Shown here one piece after another: positions 33,929-42,452 of a stretch of 45,054 bases of DNA. This stretch comes from a phage. Where the stretch lies: sequence record PZ445537.1; one strand, written 5' to 3'. Made by a program: the position numbers and the translations under genes. How positions within the stretch are numbered: position 1 is the first letter of the stretch; every line of letters begins with the position of its first letter. Under the pieces are notes generated by a model that ran no database searches, had not been told where the DNA came from, and saw nothing but the letters and a program-made list of their open reading frames with translations.

Positions 33929-35858
33929 AATTATCGTTGATAACTTTGCTGGTGGCGGCGGCGCGAGTACCGGCATTGAACTGGCGATCGGGCGTAGCGT
34001 GGATATCGCTATCAACCACGACGAAAACGCTATTGCTATGCATAAGACGAATCACCCTGACACGCTGCATTATTGCGAGTCGGTGTTTGACGTTGACCCA
34101 AGCGCAGCCACCAGCGGTAAACCTGTCGGCCTGGCCTGGTTTAGCCCTGACTGCCGCCACTTTTCCAAAGCGAAGGGCGCTAAGCCAGTTAAGAAAGAGA
34201 TCCGCGGGCTGGCGTGGATTGTCCTGCGCTGGGCGCTGGCAGTACGTCCCCGAGTCATGATGCTGGAGAACGTCGAAGAATTTAAGACATGGGGCCCGCT
34301 GCTCGATGAAGAATTACGCCCGGATCCTGAGCGTGCTGGTGAAACATTCGAGGCATTTGTCGGCATGCTGTCGACTGGTATCGCGGCGAATCACCCAGCA
34401 CTGGCTGAGGTTTGCGAATTTCTTGCCATTGAGCCGCACGGCCTGCAGGCGCAACAGCTGACCGCCGGGCTTGGCTATGAGGTCGATTATCGTGAGCTGC
34501 GCGCTTGTGACTACGGCGCGCCGACGATCAGAAAGCGTTTCTTCATGGTCATGCGCTGTGACGGCCGCAAGATTCATTGGCCTGAAGCGACTCATGGGGA
34601 TCCAAAATCACTGGAAGTACAAAGCGGCAAGCTGGCGCCATGGCGTACCGCGGCGGAGTGCATTGACTGGAATATCCCGGCCCGGTCCATCTTCGATCGC
34701 AAAAAGCCGCTGGCGGAAAATACGCTCAAACGTATCGCGCGCGGCATCCAGCGCTTTGTTATCGAAAGCGCATCACCTTTCATCGTGAAGTGTAACCACA
34801 CCACGACGAAAGGAGGTTATGACTGTTTCCGCGGGCAATCGTTGTTAGAGCCATTGCAGACCATCACTAAAAAGCATGGCTACGCGCTGGCGGTACCGCA
34901 TCTTACTAAATTCCGCACTGGGGCCACCGGGCAGCCAGTGACCGAGCCGGTTCCAACTGTCACCGCTGGTACGTCGGCGCGCCCTGGCGGGAATGGGCAT
35001 GCGCTTGGCGTAGTTGAGGCCGCCCTGACACCGTTCCTGGCTGGCAATGGCGGCAGTGAGTACCAGGCAAAGCCGCGCCCACTGGATAAACCCGCTCATA
35101 CAGTCCTCAAGCAGTCCCGCGCGTGCGTGGTTGCGCCGGTCATCGCCCGCCAGTTTGGTGCCAGTGTTGGGCACAGGGCTGACGAACCGAGCGCGACGAT
35201 TACTGCAGGTGGTGGCGGTAAGTCGCAGCTGGTAACTCCAACACTCATCCAGATGGGGTACGGCGAACGCCCAGGGCAAGAACCGCGTGTTCTTCAACTG
35301 AATAACCCGCTCGGCACGGTCACTGCTGGTGGTAATAAGTTTGCAACGGTGAGCGCGTTCCTGGCGAAGCACTATGGTGGGAATTACACGGGGCCGGGTG
35401 TTGGTATGGATGAGCCTGCCCACTCAGTCACTACTGTTGATCACCACGCGGTAGTTGCGTCGCACCTGGTGAAGCTGCGCGGAACCTGCCGCGACGGTCA
35501 GACCATGGACACACCTATGCCGACGATTACCGCTGGTGGCCAGCACGTTGGCGAGGTCCGGACATTCCTCGAAACCTACTGCGGTGATAGCGAGGATGAA
35601 TGGCTGGTGACGATCGAGGGGGTTAAGTACCAGATCGTCGATATCGGAATGCGCATGCTTCAACCGCATGAGCTTTATAAGGCGCAGGGCTTCCCTGACG
35701 GCTACGTTATCGATCAGGACTATCGCGGCAATCGTTACGCCAAAGACAAGCAGGTAGCGCGCTGCGGTAACGCAGTACCGCCGCCGTTCGCTCGTGCGCT
35801 GGTAGAAGCAAATCTTCCTGAATTATGTGTAAATCAAAAGGCGGGTGCAGCCGCCTGA
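33921..35858 (+). CDS. DNA cytosine-5 methyltransferase with long C-terminal domain
   Basis: 645 aa from ATG 33921 (overlaps the Dam stop); motif I FAGGGG, catalytic PC (SPDCRHFS), ENV (MLENVEEF); C-terminal half has repeated T(I/V)TAGG-like segments. Confidence 0.85.
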   Translation: MREIIVDNFAGGGGASTGIELAIGRSVDIAINHDENAIAMHKTNHPDTLHYCESVFDVDPSAATSGKPVGLAWFSPDCRHFSKAKGAKPVKKEIRGLAWIVLRWALAVRPRVMMLENVEEFKTWGPLLDEELRPDPERAGETFEAFVGMLSTGIAANHPALAEVCEFLAIEPHGLQAQQLTAGLGYEVDYRELRACDYGAPTIRKRFFMVMRCDGRKIHWPEATHGDPKSLEVQSGKLAPWRTAAECIDWNIPARSIFDRKKPLAENTLKRIARGIQRFVIESASPFIVKCNHTTTKGGYDCFRGQSLLEPLQTITKKHGYALAVPHLTKFRTGATGQPVTEPVPTVTAGTSARPGGNGHALGVVEAALTPFLAGNGGSEYQAKPRPLDKPAHTVLKQSRACVVAPVIARQFGASVGHRADEPSATITAGGGGKSQLVTPTLIQMGYGERPGQEPRVLQLNNPLGTVTAGGNKFATVSAFLAKHYGGNYTGPGVGMDEPAHSVTTVDHHAVVASHLVKLRGTCRDGQTMDTPMPTITAGGQHVGEVRTFLETYCGDSEDEWLVTIEGVKYQIVDIGMRMLQPHELYKAQGFPDGYVIDQDYRGNRYAKDKQVARCGNAVPPPFARALVEANLPELCVNQKAGAAA

Positions 35859-35872
35859 TATGGAGAAATAGC

Positions 35873-36565
35873 ATGAATCAGTTAACCGCAAAGGGTGTTG
35901 TGACAATGTCCAGCCGTGAAATTGCCAGGCTGGTGAAGAGCAAACATGGTGATGTGAAGCGCTCAGCTGAGCGCCTTGCATCTGCTGGTATTTTAACCGC
36001 GCCGTTGGCGCACACCCCCTACACACACCCGCAAAACGGGCAAACCTACGAGGAGTATTGGTTCAACAAACGTGATTCTCTGGTGATCGTCGCCAGGCTG
36101 TCGCCAGAATTTACCGCCGCTGTTGTCGATCGCTGGCAAGAGCTGGAGAACAGTCAGGCCGTAAGTGTCCCGCAAACATTGCCGGAGGCATTACGCCTCG
36201 CCGCGGATCTGGCCGAGCAGAGAGAACAACTGGCCCAGCAGTTAGCCGCTGCCGCGCCGAAAGTTGAGTTTGTCGATCGGTATTGTACTGCTAAAGGCTC
36301 AATGTCTTTCCGCCAGGTGGCAAAGCTGTTGCAGGCCAAAGAGACCGATTTCCGCTTGTTCCTCATTGAGAGCGGCATTTTGTATCGGCTCAGTGGAGTG
36401 CTGACACCGCGGCACCAGCACATTGCTGCCGGGCGGTTTGAAGTGAAAACTGGCACCACGAGCGAAACAAACTACGCCTTTAGCCAGGCACGTTTTACAC
36501 CCAAAGGCATCGAGTGGATCGGCGGCCTGTGGACGGCACACATCGCTAAGGGGCATGCCGCGTGA
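35873..36565 (+). CDS. Rha-family regulator / antirepressor with KilA-C domain
   Basis: 230 aa from ATG 35873 (RBS GGAG); N-terminal Rha-like segment (MSSREIARLV…KRSAERL); C-terminal KilAC-like segment (FRQVAKLL…FLIESGILYR). Confidence 0.7.
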   Translation: MNQLTAKGVVTMSSREIARLVKSKHGDVKRSAERLASAGILTAPLAHTPYTHPQNGQTYEEYWFNKRDSLVIVARLSPEFTAAVVDRWQELENSQAVSVPQTLPEALRLAADLAEQREQLAQQLAAAAPKVEFVDRYCTAKGSMSFRQVAKLLQAKETDFRLFLIESGILYRLSGVLTPRHQHIAAGRFEVKTGTTSETNYAFSQARFTPKGIEWIGGLWTAHIAKGHAA

Positions 36566-37623
36566 GAGGACTGTTTACAGCCGAGACTGTTCCGCGCCTT
36601 GGCCTGGTGGTGTTAAAGCCGGGCAGCGAACTGATGTTTCTGTTTCAACAGGGGCGTGTGCTGGTGGAGCCTCAGCCAAAAAGCATGGCTGGGCTTCCGT
36701 CGGGGCTCGTCCCTGATGCCAGGCAGCCGCTGGCAGAAGATAAGTCCCTCGAGGAATTCTTCACTGACGAGAGAGTAATCCGTGCAGCAGGCGGTTTGAC
36801 CGCGTTGGAATCCTGGTTAGAACGTAACGTGAAGGAATGCCAGTACCCGCACACTGATTATCACCATCATGAACTGGTAACGATGCGACATCCCCCCGGA
36901 TCAATGTTGCTCTGTTGGCATTGCGATAACCAGCTGCGCGAGCAAACCACCGCGGCGCTGGCAGAACTGGCCCGGCGTAATCTCATTAATTGGCTGATCA
37001 GCTCCATCCTGTCATCGCTTGGCTATAACAACGAGCGTGAATTATCCCTCGGTGAATTGTGCTGGTGGGCCGTTTATTCAGGCATTGCTGATGCAATCAC
37101 GGAAAGGATGGCCCAGCTTGCGCTTCGATTACCGGATGAGCCGTTTTTATCCGTATATCGAGAAAGTGACATTGTGCCGATGCCCCCGGCAAAAAGCATT
37201 TTGCAGAAGAAGGTCACCCCTGCGGTCACGGCTGCGAAATTAAAGCATGGAGCAAATCAGGAAGTAGCCTATGAACAGCCAAAGGTTCTGGCTCTGCATG
37301 CGGATCCTGAATCCCCTGAATCATTCATGTTGCGCCCAAAACACCGCAGGTGGGTGAATGAGGACTATACCCGGTGGGTTAAAACCCAGCCCTGCGAAGG
37401 TTGCCGGCGGCCAGCGGATGATCCACACCATGTCATTGGTCACGGCATGGGCGGTACCGCCACTAAAGCCCACGATTTGTTTGTGATCCCTCTGTGCAGA
37501 GAGTGTCACGACAAATTACATGCTGATGTTGCAGCGTTCGAGAGAAAACACGGTACCCAGCTGGAGCTGCTATTCCGGTTTATGAATCGAGCACTGGCGA
37601 TCGGCGTAATAACAAAAGCGTAA
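36562..37623 (+). CDS. hypothetical protein with C-terminal Cys/His (DUF968-like) motif
   Basis: 353 aa from GTG 36562 (GTGA overlap; later ATG possible); C-terminal CEGC…HHVIGHGMGG…CRECH cluster suggests a Zn-binding or HNH-like module. Confidence 0.55.
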   Translation: MRGLFTAETVPRLGLVVLKPGSELMFLFQQGRVLVEPQPKSMAGLPSGLVPDARQPLAEDKSLEEFFTDERVIRAAGGLTALESWLERNVKECQYPHTDYHHHELVTMRHPPGSMLLCWHCDNQLREQTTAALAELARRNLINWLISSILSSLGYNNERELSLGELCWWAVYSGIADAITERMAQLALRLPDEPFLSVYRESDIVPMPPAKSILQKKVTPAVTAAKLKHGANQEVAYEQPKVLALHADPESPESFMLRPKHRRWVNEDYTRWVKTQPCEGCRRPADDPHHVIGHGMGGTATKAHDLFVIPLCRECHDKLHADVAAFERKHGTQLELLFRFMNRALAIGVITKA

Positions 37624-37644
37624 TTGTATGGAGCGCTGAGCATA

Positions 37645-38337
37645 ATGAATTTACAAGAACTGGAATATACGCGGATTGAACTGCGCCGCGCGCTGGTGGA
37701 TTTATCAGGATCGACAAAAGGACAGCTGCAGGCGTTCAGTGAGCATCCACCAGCAGATAAGAATAAATACCCTCGGCACCATCCTGAAATCGTCATGGAG
37801 GGTGGGGAAGGTTGTGGATCAAAGGTGGTAAAAACTCTGGCCACTCCGCTTTATGTTCTTGAGACAAGGAGCCGTCGCCGACCTTTACCGCCTATTAAGG
37901 ATACGGAGTTCGCTTGTTCAGCATGGCGTCGATCGGTCAATGGTTTGGGGGAGCATTTGCAGGCATGGGTGCGGTACTGCTATGGGCATGACCTTGCTTT
38001 CCGGTACCAGAGGTTAATGTGCCAGCACGTATGGGAAGAGTTTCAGCGTCAGCATAGCGGCAAAAAAATCCAGGACCGTGTCACTAAAAAACTGGTAGGG
38101 CTTGTCTGGCTGGCGGCGCAAGAAGTTGCTGCCTCGCGTAATAACGATACCTATCAGGAGTATGCTGGTGCAGCTCTGGCGCGCATGGTCAGCGTTGAGC
38201 GTTCCACCTGGCTCAGAGTGTATTCAGGCCACTGGGCGGCTTTCAAAGCGTCGTTTGCTGAAATGGACAGCCAGGCACTAAGCGAAATTTTGTCACGGTA
38301 CGAAGAGTACCAAGAACTGAAAGTGGCGGAAATGTGA
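37645..38337 (+). CDS. putative late-gene antiterminator (Q-like)
   Basis: 230 aa from ATG 37645 (track start 37624 is TTG); called by position only: last early gene, followed by a short promoter-terminator unit and the late region. Confidence 0.4.
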   Translation: MNLQELEYTRIELRRALVDLSGSTKGQLQAFSEHPPADKNKYPRHHPEIVMEGGEGCGSKVVKTLATPLYVLETRSRRRPLPPIKDTEFACSAWRRSVNGLGEHLQAWVRYCYGHDLAFRYQRLMCQHVWEEFQRQHSGKKIQDRVTKKLVGLVWLAAQEVAASRNNDTYQEYAGAALARMVSVERSTWLRVYSGHWAAFKASFAEMDSQALSEILSRYEEYQELKVAEM

Positions 38338-38432
38338 GGTAACTTTCACTAACTCCCTCAAATGGGCTTGCAAAATGCAACAAAATGAGTCATATTTGAA
38401 CCTAATTTGATATGTTGCTAAAAGTATATCAG

Positions 38433-38455
38433 CCCGCCAGTGAGCGGGTTTTTTC
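38433..38455 (+). terminator. intrinsic terminator (tR'-like) ~100 nt after the Q-like gene
   Basis: Hairpin CCCGC-CAGTGA-GCGGG (38433-38448) followed by TTTTTTC. Confidence 0.6.
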
Positions 38456-38553
38456 TTGGGAGTAATCTGAAAAAACATCCCATCCTTCAGTGTTTTTAAC
38501 ATTTGTTAATGGTATTCTTTTTCAACCCTTAAACTCCTGTTTTGGCCTACATT

Positions 38554-39099
38554 ATGCTTTCTCTGGAAGAAGTAGCTCAACAAACCTATAACACCCTCCA
38601 GGCATACATGGATCATCGTGAGATAGATCTAGCAGTCGGTCCGCTTTCTTTTAATGATACTAGTTCCCTCATAAGAGCTTATGGTGAACTTAACTGGGAA
38701 TACTATGTAACCTCAGTAGGTAATGACCCGGATTGTTTCAGTTTATGTATTAAACTAATAACTTCTAAAGAGCATAAACTTGTTGATGATTACCCAGCGG
38801 GTGTGGCATTGTGCACCTACCATCACGGTAGCAGTAGGTTTGATATACATGCAGTTGAGAACTTCGTGAAGGATAGTGAAGATCATCCATTGCGTCGTAA
38901 GATGATTTTGTATACATTATACGCCGCCGTTATCTTCATGAAGCAAGTTGATGGTACTGAGGTTCGTATCATTGAACCAGTGGAAGAAAAGATTGATTAC
39001 TATCGGACCTTTGGGTTTGAAATGTCAGATAGTTGCTCTTATGTTATGACTTGTAGTCTTGATAGGCTGATGAGATACATGGCTGAAAGAGATGCTTAA
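38554..39099 (+). CDS. AT-rich cargo gene, hypothetical (possible GNAT-like fold)
   Basis: 181 aa from ATG 38554 (track start 38542 is TTG); the gene is visibly AT-rich compared with the rest of the genome; weak GNAT-like C-terminal pattern (HPLRRKMIL…IDYYRTFGFE); between Q-like gene and lysis cassette. Confidence 0.55.
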   Translation: MLSLEEVAQQTYNTLQAYMDHREIDLAVGPLSFNDTSSLIRAYGELNWEYYVTSVGNDPDCFSLCIKLITSKEHKLVDDYPAGVALCTYHHGSSRFDIHAVENFVKDSEDHPLRRKMILYTLYAAVIFMKQVDGTEVRIIEPVEEKIDYYRTFGFEMSDSCSYVMTCSLDRLMRYMAERDA

Positions 39100-39347
39100 T
39101 CATCATCCCATAAGTTAGCGGGTACATTGTAATTGTGTTATAGTGTACTCAAGTTTAAGCACTAGATACCGAAGAACTAGATGGCAGCTACCATCTATGT
39201 CAATCGCTCAAAGCTATGGCAATGAGTGGCTCAAGTATCGAGATGCTTCTTGCATGTAGTAGTAACATGAACATGTGAACTTCAGCACGCATGTTGTTAC
39301 ACGAAATGCATGTTCACTCTGGAACAATGCTTCCGAAGAGGTGATGT

Positions 39348-39509
39348 ATGGAAATGAAAAAAGAACGCTTGTTTGATACTATCCAAACTTACAGAAAAGC
39401 TGGCGAAGCTCTGGACTTTCTTATGAAGGTTGGTCCAGCTCTTGAAGAGAGTGCACAGGCACCTTCTCAAGAGCGTCAAGGTCGCCGTCGTGTTAGAGAA
39501 GCCGCATGA
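39348..39509 (+). CDS. small hypothetical protein (53 aa)
   Basis: ORF below the track cut-off; RBS GAGGTGA 5 nt upstream; charged C-terminus; followed within 30 nt by a strong terminator. Confidence 0.4.
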   Translation: MEMKKERLFDTIQTYRKAGEALDFLMKVGPALEESAQAPSQERQGRRRVREAA

Positions 39510-39537
39510 ATCTTGCCGCTTAAAAAATAGAAAAAAA

Positions 39538-39561
39538 CCCGCTTAATAGCGGGTTTTTTTT
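39538..39561. terminator. bidirectional intrinsic terminator
   Basis: AAAAAAA-CCCGC-TTAATA-GCGGG-TTTTTTTT. Confidence 0.7.
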
Positions 39562-39760
39562 CGTCGACAGAAAATTAAAGCCAGTTATCTAATCTACGCT
39601 CCTCCTATCTGGAGGAATTTTCGCTTGAGAAATGGGCGGCTGGAGGGTGTTGTAGCACCCGGCCAGCCATCAGCTCATGCTTTCAGGTCACAAGCTAACC
39701 AAGGCCCACTGCTTTAGCGCAAAAGCATAGTGAGCCTATCAGAGTTACGCTTACGGATCT

Positions 39761-40813
39761 ATGAAAAATACTGTAAATATAAACAGTGTTGAGCTTGTCA
39801 ACGCTGACTGCCTGCTATACCTCGCAACCCTCCCAGATAACACCATTGACCTTATTGTTACGGATCCGCCGTACTTCAAAGTGAAACCCAACGGCTGGGA
39901 CAATCAATGGAAAGGGGATGAGGATTATCTTCGCTGGCTTGATATGTGCCTCGCACAATTCTGGCGAGTGCTAAAACCTGCTGGCAGTCTTTATCTTTTC
40001 TCCGGTCACCGCCTGGCGGCAGACATTGAGATCATGATGCGTGAGCGGTTCAACGTCCTGAACCACATCATCTGGGCTAAACCGTCGGGCCGCTGGAATG
40101 GCTGTAATAAAGAGAGCCTGCGCTCTTACTTCCCTGCAACAGAGCGCATCCTCTTCGCTGAGCATTACCAGGGGCCGTATAAACCAAAGAGCGACGGTTA
40201 CGCGGAGAAGGGAAGCGAGCTGAAGCAGCATGTAATGACTCCCCTAATTTCTTATTTTCGGGATGCACGTGAAGCGCTTGGCATATCCTCAAAACAAATA
40301 GCCGATGCGACTGGAAAGAAGAACATGGTGTCTCACTGGTTCAGCGGTAGCCAGTGGCAATTACCGAATGAATCAGATTACCGGAAGCTTCAGTCCCTTT
40401 TCACGCAGGTAGCCATCGAAAAGCACCAGAACGGCGAACTGGCAACACCACACCACCAGCTGGTGGCTATGTGGCATTCGTTGAATCGCAAGTATTCAGA
40501 GCTGCTCGAAGAGTACAAATCACTTCGGCGGCATTTCTCTGTTTCCGTATCCGTTCCTTATACCGACGTCTGGACACATAAACCCGTTCAGTTTTATCCA
40601 GGTAAACACCCATGCGAAAAACCCGCTGACATGTTGCGGCAGATCATCAACGCCAGCAGTAAGCCTGGTGATGTGGTGGCTGATTTCTTTATGGGGTCCG
40701 GTTCGACCGTGAAAGTCGCGCTGGAACTTGGCCGCCAGGCTATTGGCGTTGAACTCGAAGAGGAAAGGTTTAATCAGACGATGGGGGAAATACGGGCGTT
40801 GGCAGGGGAATAA
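39761..40813 (+). CDS. DNA methyltransferase (N6-adenine/N4-cytosine, beta class)
   Basis: 350 aa; catalytic motif VTDPPYF near the N-terminus and AdoMet motif FFMGSGST near the C-terminus. Confidence 0.85.
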   Translation: MKNTVNINSVELVNADCLLYLATLPDNTIDLIVTDPPYFKVKPNGWDNQWKGDEDYLRWLDMCLAQFWRVLKPAGSLYLFSGHRLAADIEIMMRERFNVLNHIIWAKPSGRWNGCNKESLRSYFPATERILFAEHYQGPYKPKSDGYAEKGSELKQHVMTPLISYFRDAREALGISSKQIADATGKKNMVSHWFSGSQWQLPNESDYRKLQSLFTQVAIEKHQNGELATPHHQLVAMWHSLNRKYSELLEEYKSLRRHFSVSVSVPYTDVWTHKPVQFYPGKHPCEKPADMLRQIINASSKPGDVVADFFMGSGSTVKVALELGRQAIGVELEEERFNQTMGEIRALAGE

Positions 40814-40819
40814 ACGTGA

Positions 40820-40841
40820 GGTCGCGATAGCGGCCTTTTTT
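40820..40841 (+). terminator. intrinsic terminator after methyltransferase
   Basis: GGTCGC-GATA-GCGGCC hairpin (one G-U pair) followed by TTTTTT. Confidence 0.5.
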
Positions 40842-40881
40842 ATTACCTCAATAACACCCGCACAGAGCGAGGTGAGAGACC

Positions 40882-41184
40882 ATGAAAATGAATGATTCAG
40901 GGAACATCTTCACGCAGTTCTTTGCGTGGGTAGCAGCTCTGGCTTCTGCCATAGGATTTACCACTCAGGATCTGGTGTTCATGTTCTTTGGCGCTGCTGG
41001 TTTGCTTATCTCGCTTGCCTCCTACATCAACGGGCGTGTAGATGCACACCGCAGGCGTAAAGAGGATGAGAAGCGAACCAAAATGGTCAATGACTACCTG
41101 AAAGGCGTTGGTGACAAACCTCTTCACGAACGTCCCGCAGCTGCAAGCGTGGTCGTTGAGGCATTACAAAAGGAAAGTGACTGA
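40882..41184 (+). CDS. holin (two TMDs, dual-start MKM motif)
   Basis: 100 aa; RBS GAGGTGAGAG; starts Met-Lys-Met (ATG 40882 and 40888) as in lambda S; two hydrophobic segments and a charged C-terminus. Confidence 0.7.
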   Translation: MKMNDSGNIFTQFFAWVAALASAIGFTTQDLVFMFFGAAGLLISLASYINGRVDAHRRRKEDEKRTKMVNDYLKGVGDKPLHERPAAASVVVEALQKESD

Positions 41185-41720
41185 TGGGGACCAGAGCAAA
41201 ATTGAGTGCTGCTGTTCTGGGGCTAGTACTCGCTGGTGCGCCAGCATCCGTCATTCTCGATCAGTTTCTGAATGAGAAAGAGGGTAACAGCCTCACGGCG
41301 TACAAAGATGGCGGTGGTATCTGGACGATTTGCCGCGGCGCCACGATGGTTGATGGTAAACCGGTTGTGCAGGGCATGAAATTGACACAGGCCAAATGCA
41401 ATCAGGTGAACGCCATCGAACGAAATAAGGCTCTGGCGTGGGTAGACCGCAATATTACGGTACCGCTTACCGAACCGCAGAAAGCCGGGATCGCATCTTT
41501 CTGCCCGTACAACATTGGGCCGGGTAAATGCTTCCCGTCCACGTTCTATAAGCGCATCAATGCTGGTGACCGGAAAGGGGCCTGTGAAGCTATTCGCTGG
41601 TGGATTAAAGACGGTGGGCGTGACTGCCGTCTGACCAAAGGCCAGAAGAATGGCTGCTATGGGCAGGTCGAGCGACGGGACCAGGAAAGCGCGCTGGCGT
41701 GCTGGGGGTTAGACCAATGA
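41184..41720 (+). CDS. SAR endolysin (T4-lysozyme-type muramidase)
   Basis: 178 aa; N-terminal Gly/Ala-rich weakly hydrophobic SAR-like segment; catalytic E-x8-D-x5-T ([16 protein letters not shown]); start overlaps holin stop. Confidence 0.85.
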   Translation: MGTRAKLSAAVLGLVLAGAPASVILDQFLNEKEGNSLTAYKDGGGIWTICRGATMVDGKPVVQGMKLTQAKCNQVNAIERNKALAWVDRNITVPLTEPQKAGIASFCPYNIGPGKCFPSTFYKRINAGDRKGACEAIRWWIKDGGRDCRLTKGQKNGCYGQVERRDQESALACWGLDQ

Positions 41721-42253
41721 TCAGCGAGTCTGTTAAGACCTGGTGGAAAGCCGCCACGGTTTCAGCGCTTCTCATTGCCTCATTCGCCGCAGGTAGTGTG
41801 TGGACGGAACGAGCATGGGAAAAGAAATGGGCAGATCGTAATAGTGAGGAGTCTTCTCAGGCAGAGAACGCTCAAACGGCTGCCCGTATGATTGAACAAG
41901 GGCGAGTGATCGCTCGAGATGAGGCTGTTAAAAATGCACAAGAACAGGCTGCAAAAGCGGCTGCGAATGCTGCTGGCCTGTCTGCCAATGTTAGCCAGCT
42001 GCGCACAGAAGCAACAAAACTTGCCGCCCGCCTGGACGCCGCAAAGCACACCTCAGGTCTTGCCGCTGCCGTCGGAAGCAAAACAACCAGCGCTAACGCC
42101 GCAATGCTCGCCGACATGCTCGGAAGCATTGCAGAAGAAGCTAAATACTATGCTGGGCGATCTGATGAAAGTTACCGGGCAGGAATGACCTGTGAAAGAA
42201 TTTACGACTCGGTCAGAGACTCAAGCCGGTCAGCTATCCCCGGAAAGGGATAA
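41717..42253 (+). CDS. i-spanin (Rz-like)
   Basis: 178 aa from ATG 41717 (ATGA overlap with endolysin stop); N-terminal TMD followed by an Ala/Gln-rich helical region. Confidence 0.7.
   Translation: MISESVKTWWKAATVSALLIASFAAGSVWTERAWEKKWADRNSEESSQAENAQTAARMIEQGRVIARDEAVKNAQEQAAKAAANAAGLSANVSQLRTEATKLAARLDAAKHTSGLAAAVGSKTTSANAAMLADMLGSIAEEAKYYAGRSDESYRAGMTCERIYDSVRDSSRSAIPGKG
41919..42188 (+). CDS. o-spanin (Rz1-like lipoprotein) embedded in the +1 frame of Rz
   Basis: 89-aa ORF wholly inside Rz; lipobox LPMLASC; proline-rich mature part ([29 protein letters not shown]); exact start uncertain. Confidence 0.6.
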   Translation: MRLLKMHKNRLQKRLRMLLACLPMLASCAQKQQNLPPAWTPQSTPQVLPLPSEAKQPALTPQCSPTCSEALQKKLNTMLGDLMKVTGQE

Positions 42254-42337
42254 TGCAGCATTCATCGAAAAAGCACATCAAATGCTATCGGTAATCATTA
42301 TCATTTGATGGGTCCTCCCGGCGGGGTGGCCTACCAC

Positions 42338-42353
42338 GGGGCGGCGCCGCGGG
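42338..42353. other. candidate cos (cohesive-end) site
   Basis: GGGGCGGCGCCGCGGG then AAACGGCTAGTTTTTCG, resembling the lambda left end as recalled; contains the 10-bp palindrome GCGGCGCCGC; ~110 bp upstream of the small terminase gene. Confidence 0.35.
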
Positions 42354-42452
42354 AAACGGCTAGTTTTTCGAATCCAGGGTCATCATCATCATGTGCGCAG
42401 GTCTTTGATTTAATTAGAGGCCATTTTCGCAAGATGTCGAATCGTTCAAAAA

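Noticed and set aside
33403-35423. Minus-strand ORFs of 172 and 192 aa (33403-33921, 34845-35423) inside the Dam and Dcm genes
   Set aside because: Antisense to genes with intact catalytic motifs; no start signals.
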